From a virus (Duplodnaviria; Heunggongvirae; Uroviricota; Caudoviricetes), in IMG/VR virus record IMGVR_UViG_3300032322_001781: a stretch of DNA of 64,000 bases; one strand, 5' to 3'. Both the position numbers and the translations under genes were made by a program. Every line of letters begins with the position of its first letter. Positions within the stretch are counted from its first letter, which is position 1. Shown one piece after another: positions 59,908 to 64,000 of this stretch. The notes under the pieces are model-generated. The model searched no databases and was not told the origin of the DNA. It saw only the letters and a list, made by a program, of their open reading frames with translations.

Positions 59908-59991
59908 GGTCCATAATACAAAGGGGTGAGTGGCTGCTCTTTCAAGGCAGATGTAGAAATACTAGAGAGGGTTCGATTCCCTTGTGGACTA
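59908..59991 (+). tRNA. tRNA-Glu(TTC), long variable arm
   Basis: CTGCT-ctTTCaa-GGCAG arm. Confidence 0.75.
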
Positions 59992-60001
59992 CAATATAAA
60001 T

Positions 60002-60087
60002 GTCGCATTAGCCTAACAGGTTAGGGCACCAGCCTTTCAAGCTGGAAGTCGAAAGACTGTGAGAGGGTTCGAGTCCCTCATGCGATA
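60002..60087 (+). tRNA. tRNA-Glu(TTC), long variable arm
   Basis: CCAGC-ctTTCaa-GCTGG arm; AGTC-GAAA-GACT variable arm. Confidence 0.88.
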
Positions 60088-60150
60088 CCTTGACTTTTTT
60101 TGTACTTTTTCTATAAAGAAAGAAGAACAATTTGGAAAGACGGATAATAT

Positions 60151-60226
60151 GGCTGATAGGTCAAACGGTTAAGATATCTCCTTGTCACGGAGTATGGAGC
60201 GAGTTCAACTCTCGTATCAGCCGCCA
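60151..60226 (+). tRNA. tRNA-Asp(GTC)
   Basis: ttGTCac loop, G73, encoded CCA. Confidence 0.9.
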
Positions 60227-60256
60227 TAATAGACAATCTGGAAAGACAGATAAAAA

Positions 60257-60331
60257 CGAGCATTAGGCCCCTTGGTGGGGAACAAGATTGTCACTCTTGT
60301 AAAATTAACGGGTCGCAACCGTTATGTTCGG
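60257..60331 (+). tRNA. tRNA-Asp(GTC)
   Basis: CAAGA-ttGTCac-TCTTG arm; atypical T-loop. Confidence 0.75.
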
Positions 60332-60333
60332 CA

Positions 60334-60437
60334 AAACTAAATACCCTTATTGGGCAAGCTGGATTGGGTCACTAGCATTCTCGTTCGAGTCGAGCTTTGT
60401 GGGCCAGCTAGGAGAAATGAAGACCTATTTAGTTTTT
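60334..60437 (+). ncRNA. Candidate permuted tRNA-mimic RNA
   Basis: AAAACTAAATA/TATTTAGTTTT closing helix with an internal CTCG-TTCGAGT-CGAG T-arm. Confidence 0.45.
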
Positions 60438-60439
60438 AT

Positions 60440-60513
60440 GGGTCATTGGTGAAGCTGGCTATCACACATGTCTTGCAAACATGAGTCTCGGATTCGAGGT
60501 CCGAATGTATCCA
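60440..60513 (+). tRNA. tRNA-Ala(TGC)
   Basis: CATGT-ctTGCaa-ACATG arm; irregular acceptor and T-loop. Confidence 0.75.
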
Positions 60514-60579
60514 CAATAGAGTTATGGTGTACACAGAAAAACTCTATTCGTCAATCCAATCGGAAGGTTGGTGCGATGA

Positions 60580-60651
60580 AGTCATGAAGTATTTATGGTA
60601 AGTATTCCACACGGCCTGTGGGGGTTATTGGTTCGAATCCAGTCATGACTG
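60580..60651 (+). tRNA. tRNA-Ala(GGC)-like gene
   Basis: AGTCATG/CATGACT acceptor, CCAC-acGGCct-GTGG arm, TTCGAAT T-loop. Confidence 0.6.
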
Positions 60652-60914
60652 CAAAAACCCTAAAATTTTTTATTTTATACTTGCACGATATTAAAATGTT
60701 TAGTAGCTTTGCATTATTAAACAAACGTTCTGATTTTTTTTAGTGATTAAAGGGCTGTCCATGGCCCACGTAATAAAATACGTATGAACTACAGTTCATG
60801 TAAACATATGACAAATTAGCCAATTGTTAGTAGCAATATGTTAAAAAACAGAGACCAATGGATTCTAATTTGAATGGTTAGATAGGTAGTTAGAGCCGAA
60901 AAATCTAATAAATG

Positions 60915-60986
60915 GTGACGTAGCTCAGTTGGTAGAGCAAAGGACTGAAAATCCTTGTGTCGGTGGTTCGATTCCACCCGTCACCA
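60915..60986 (+). tRNA. tRNA-Phe(GAA)
   Basis: Canonical cloverleaf. Confidence 0.95.
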
Positions 60987-61113
60987 CGATGTGTCAACAC
61001 GTGTGGTGAATGTGTTAAAATGATGGATAACATACCCGAATAATCAATGAGACCCCATCAAGTAGGAAAGACTGCGACTAAACCTACTTAGCTTTTGTAA
61101 GGTAAAAGCAAAT

Positions 61114-61235
61114 AGGGAGGTGGCCAAATTGGTAAAGGCGGCAGTAAGCAAAAAGATTAATCTGTTAAGATTAAGTTCAGCAACCAAAACGCAATGGAAA
61201 ACTGCTATTTGTGGGTTCGAATCCTACCCTCCCTA
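61114..61235 (+). tRNA. tRNA-like gene with a 55-nt anticodon loop containing the helix + TTCAGCAA motif
   Basis: AGGGAGG/CCTCCCT acceptor; GCAGT/ACTGC stem encloses TTAATCT/AGATTAA-GTTCAGCAA. Confidence 0.65.
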
Positions 61236-61432
61236 CAATTATAAAAAGGTATAAAATATAAGGCTAAACTTCATTATTTTTCATTAAAAAAAATGTTAAT
61301 AAAAAACTGATAATCAATAAAATAGGTTCGTATTTTATTAATAAAATTGCTTGACTTTTAATAAAAATATATTATATTTGTTTATAAAAAAAATTATAAT
61401 AACAATAATAAAAAACAAATAAAATAAAACAA

Positions 61433-62068
61433 ATGGCTGGAAAAACAACCACAACAAAAAAAGCAAGTGCGTCAACTGAAATCGTATTAGGTCAAGCCGC
61501 ACAACAAATTTCTAAAGCGGTAAGCGAATTGAATGCTGCTACAGAAACTGTAAACAAATTAGCAACACAAGCTGAAGACTTGACTCTTCAAGTTGCAAAC
61601 AAAGAAGCTCAGATTTCTGAATTAGATGTTCAGTACGCTGAAAAAGCTCGTCAAGCTGAAGTTGATTTCAATTTGAACGTTAAAGCTAACTCTCAACGTG
61701 TAGTAAACGAAATTTTGAGAGAAGGTGGAATGGAATCTATCAGCTCTGCTGAATTGAAAGCATTGCGTCAAGAATTGGCTGATACCAAAGCTGGTGCTGA
61801 AGCTGAAACCAAGAAGCAAGTTGCTATTGTGTCTTCAACTCTTAAGGCTCAATTCGACAATGATTTACGTTTTATCCAATCTGAAAACAAAGCTATCGCT
61901 GCTGAGAATGCTTCTAAAATCGGTGTATTAGCTGAAAAGAACAAGTTCCTTGAAGAACAAGTTACCAAGTTGTACACTCAATTGGATTCTGAACGTCAAG
62001 CTGGTATAGAAAGGGCTAAAGCTGGTTCTATCGGAAATATCACGGTTGGTGATACTTCTCGTAAGTAA
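61433..62068 (+). CDS. Coiled-coil protein
   Basis: 211 aa, A/E/K/Q-rich, well-adapted codon usage. Confidence 0.7.
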   Translation: MAGKTTTTKKASASTEIVLGQAAQQISKAVSELNAATETVNKLATQAEDLTLQVANKEAQISELDVQYAEKARQAEVDFNLNVKANSQRVVNEILREGGMESISSAELKALRQELADTKAGAEAETKKQVAIVSSTLKAQFDNDLRFIQSENKAIAAENASKIGVLAEKNKFLEEQVTKLYTQLDSERQAGIERAKAGSIGNITVGDTSRK

Positions 62069-62083
62069 TCCAAAAAACAATAA

Positions 62084-62290
62084 GCTATGTGAGGAATTGC
62101 ATAGCTCATTGCAAGGTAAAAGATTACTTCATAAGAACAAACTCGTGTAGCGTTAGGGTGGCTCCCTTTCCCACATTTGGGATATGACCAAAAAGAGCTG
62201 TGGCTGACCACGGGCATCCTTTATACAGGGGGCGAAATAACGCAAACGGTTTCTAGAGCCTAGGTAAATTCCCACGAGTCCCTGTTCCTT
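62084..62290 (+). ncRNA. Candidate multi-stem ncRNA
   Basis: GC-rich intergenic island; ACTCGTG/CACGAGT and GCGTTA/TAACGC long-range helices plus several hairpins. Confidence 0.45.
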
Positions 62291-62590
62291 TTTATCTCCA
62301 CAAATATTTTTTATAGAAAAATTTGTAAATCCCAAATATTATTCGTACCTTTGTATTCATTAATAATAAAACTTTCTAAAGCTATGGGGTTAGCTTGGAC
62401 TGAATACGGAGATAAACATAGAGATGTTTTTCACGATATTAAATAATTATTGTTAAAATCCTAAAAAATACTAGGTTAACTTGACAGTTTATAAAAATTA
62501 AGTATATTTGTGTGGTTCTATATATTTATAAAAAATAAAATCCTTCAAAGTTATTGGTTGGGTTAAAAATTAAATCAAATTAAATGGATA

Positions 62591-63013
62591 GTGGTGAGTG
62601 TAGTAAACAGGAAGACGCTGGGGACAGTATGTCTAGCGATAGCAACCTTCCTAAACCCTTTTGGGTTCGATATTTTGGTTTACAAACTAATGTCGTTAAC
62701 AAACGATTATTGGAGCACAATGCTTATATTATATGTATTTTCGGCCCTGTTCTTTGGAGTATCTTTTATTTCATTTAAATTAGGTGAAAAGATAATAGCA
62801 AATGCAACGATGACTGTTGGTTTATTTTTGAATCCGTTAGGTTATGATTTTGTTGTTTTTGGTATAAATAAATTAACAAACGATTATTGGATTACAATGA
62901 GTATTATGTATATAATGGCTACGTTATTTTTTATTGGTTTTATGGTTTTTTATAAAATAAATCCGATAAAAATAATTAATATAAAAACTAAAAAATATGG
63001 ACAAAAATTTTAA
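62591..63013 (+). CDS. Four-TM membrane protein with internal duplication
   Basis: Two copies of FLNP(F/L)G(F/Y)D...LTNDYW.TM. Confidence 0.65.
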   Translation: MVSVVNRKTLGTVCLAIATFLNPFGFDILVYKLMSLTNDYWSTMLILYVFSALFFGVSFISFKLGEKIIANATMTVGLFLNPLGYDFVVFGINKLTNDYWITMSIMYIMATLFFIGFMVFYKINPIKIINIKTKKYGQKF

Positions 63014-63407
63014 CGACTTATTTGACGAATTTTTTTTTAAAAAAAATTTATCCGATAGCGATTTCTACAAAAAAATAAACATCAATATTAAACAATTGTT
63101 TGACCTTCTTAAAAATGTTAAAACAAATGAAATTGATGGAAAAACAGATATGTCATTGGGCGAACCAGATAGTGTTGAATCATATTCAGATGGTTTTTTC
63201 TTTTTTGAAAAAAAAGTATGGCACACCCCAAATGGTGATATTATAAAAATAACAGCTTCAGATAATACAGATAATTTACATGAGCCAGAAAAAACGTTAC
63301 AAGAACAATTGGATGAAGCTATAAATAATGAAAACTACGAGAAAGCCGCACAGATTCGTGACCTTATGAATCCACCAAAGAAAAAAAAGTCCACCAAAAA
63401 AAAATAA
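62997..63407 (+). CDS. UVR (UvrB/UvrC-motif) domain protein
   Basis: LDEAINNENYEKAAQIRD motif. Confidence 0.7.
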   Translation: MDKNFNDLFDEFFFKKNLSDSDFYKKININIKQLFDLLKNVKTNEIDGKTDMSLGEPDSVESYSDGFFFFEKKVWHTPNGDIIKITASDNTDNLHEPEKTLQEQLDEAINNENYEKAAQIRDLMNPPKKKKSTKKK

Positions 63408-63424
63408 AAAATATTTTGCAAAAA

Positions 63425-63490
63425 ACTTGACAAATTAAAAATTAATTAGTACCTTTGCATAACTTTTAGAAACAACAACATATTTATATA
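63425..63490 (+). promoter_or_regulatory. tRNA-operon promoter, copy 4
   Basis: TTGACA at 63427, TACCTTTG at 63450, then TATTTAT. Confidence 0.8.
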
Positions 63491-63502
63491 ACAATAAAAG
63501 CA

Positions 63503-63595
63503 ATGAAAACAACAACGACATATACAGGGAAACAGTATCCGCAAGGCAAACAATTGCCTAACGGACTAGTAATGTCGTTATATAATCTAAGCTAA
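63503..63595 (+). CDS. Attenuator leader peptide L4, MKTTTTYTGKQYPQGKQLPNGLVMSLYNLS
   Basis: Codons 2-17 encode only K, T, Y, G, Q, P; antiterminator segment GGACTAG at 63563-63569. Confidence 0.85.
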   Translation: MKTTTTYTGKQYPQGKQLPNGLVMSLYNLS

Positions 63596-63618
63596 CAAAA
63601 CTTAGATATTTTAAAGAC

Positions 63619-63651
63619 AACCCCTAGTCCTCAAAAAACTAGGGGTTTTTT
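63619..63651 (+). terminator. Attenuator terminator T4
   Basis: AACCCCTAGT/ACTAGGGGTT stem plus T-run. Confidence 0.88.
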
Positions 63652-63714
63652 GTTTTTGGTAGGTCACCATATAAAATATAGACCAAACGTATATTTGACA
63701 TTTTGGATTTTCAT

Positions 63715-63787
63715 AGGGTAATATATCAATTGGAAGATTACATACTTTGGGAGTATGAGGTTGGAGGTTCGAGTCCTCTTTACCCTA
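63715..63787 (+). tRNA. tRNA-Pro(TGG)
   Basis: CATAC-ttTGGga-GTATG arm. Confidence 0.88.
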
Positions 63788-63795
63788 CAATAAAT

Positions 63796-63889
63796 CGGGA
63801 TTTGTGCGAGAGGTTTAAGCATCCAGTCTTGGAAACTGGAAACCGTACAAGGTTAGTGCGGTTCGAGGGTTCGACTCCCTCAATCCCGA
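63796..63889 (+). tRNA. tRNA-Ser(GGA)
   Basis: CCAGT-ctTGGAa region read as ttGGAaa; long variable arm. Confidence 0.75.
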
Positions 63890-63902
63890 CAAATTTTATC
63901 AT

Positions 63903-63989
63903 TCTGCTTTCGCCTAATTGGTAGGGCACGGGGCTTTGAACTCCGCAATCGTAAGATTCTAGGTCTAGGTTCGAATCCTAGAGGCAGAA
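63903..63989 (+). tRNA. tRNA-Gln(TTG), long variable arm
   Basis: U1:A72, ctTTGaa loop. Confidence 0.75.
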
Positions 63990-64000
63990 CATTTAAGAGT

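Noticed and set aside
62584-62600. Programmed frameshift joining ATG 62584 to the membrane ORF at 62591
   Set aside because: In-frame GTG starts explain the ORF and no slippery site is visible.
38585-63924. ORF-track entries overlapping tRNA genes (38585, 38913, 39779, 56511, 57721, 59076, 63703, also 34058)
   Set aside because: Shadow ORFs produced by GC-richer RNA genes.
1-64000. CRISPR array
   Set aside because: No regularly spaced identical repeats with unique spacers; the repeats found are promoters, terminators or coding repeats.
1-64000. Stop-codon reassignment (alternative genetic code)
   Set aside because: Conserved proteins read through intact in the standard code, and no suppressor tRNA was found in the window.

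Overview
AT-rich, gene-dense segment of a jumbo tailed phage (T4-like/myovirus-style gene content). The host is probably in Bacteroidota: more than 25 genes or operons are preceded by TAnnTTTG (-7) promoters, and a second motif, TATTTAT, precedes late/structural genes. From left to right it holds tail/baseplate genes; replication and recombination genes (RuvC-like, primase, SbcCD); two sigma-70 factors; lysis genes; putative head-internal proteins; a split DUF2828/Ro60-like gene; DnaJ, ClpP and tmRNA; a large tRNA-maintenance set (CCA enzyme, Rnl1, Rnl2, Pnk-2H fusion, 2H enzyme, Pth2-like protein); a PARP; and about 35 tRNA or tRNA-like genes in several clusters. Main discovery: each of the four large tRNA clusters is preceded by a near-identical promoter, an unannotated 24-33 aa leader ORF, and an intrinsic terminator 23-24 nt after the leader stop codon. 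The 5' arm of each terminator is complementary to a segment inside the leader. The codons at the start of each leader match the amino acids of the tRNAs downstream, and the four leaders together divide up all 20 amino acids. This is the layout of ribosome-mediated transcription attenuation, here apparently switching on phage tRNA genes when the matching aminoacyl-tRNAs run short. All family assignments come from motif recognition by eye; no database searches or folding programs were run.
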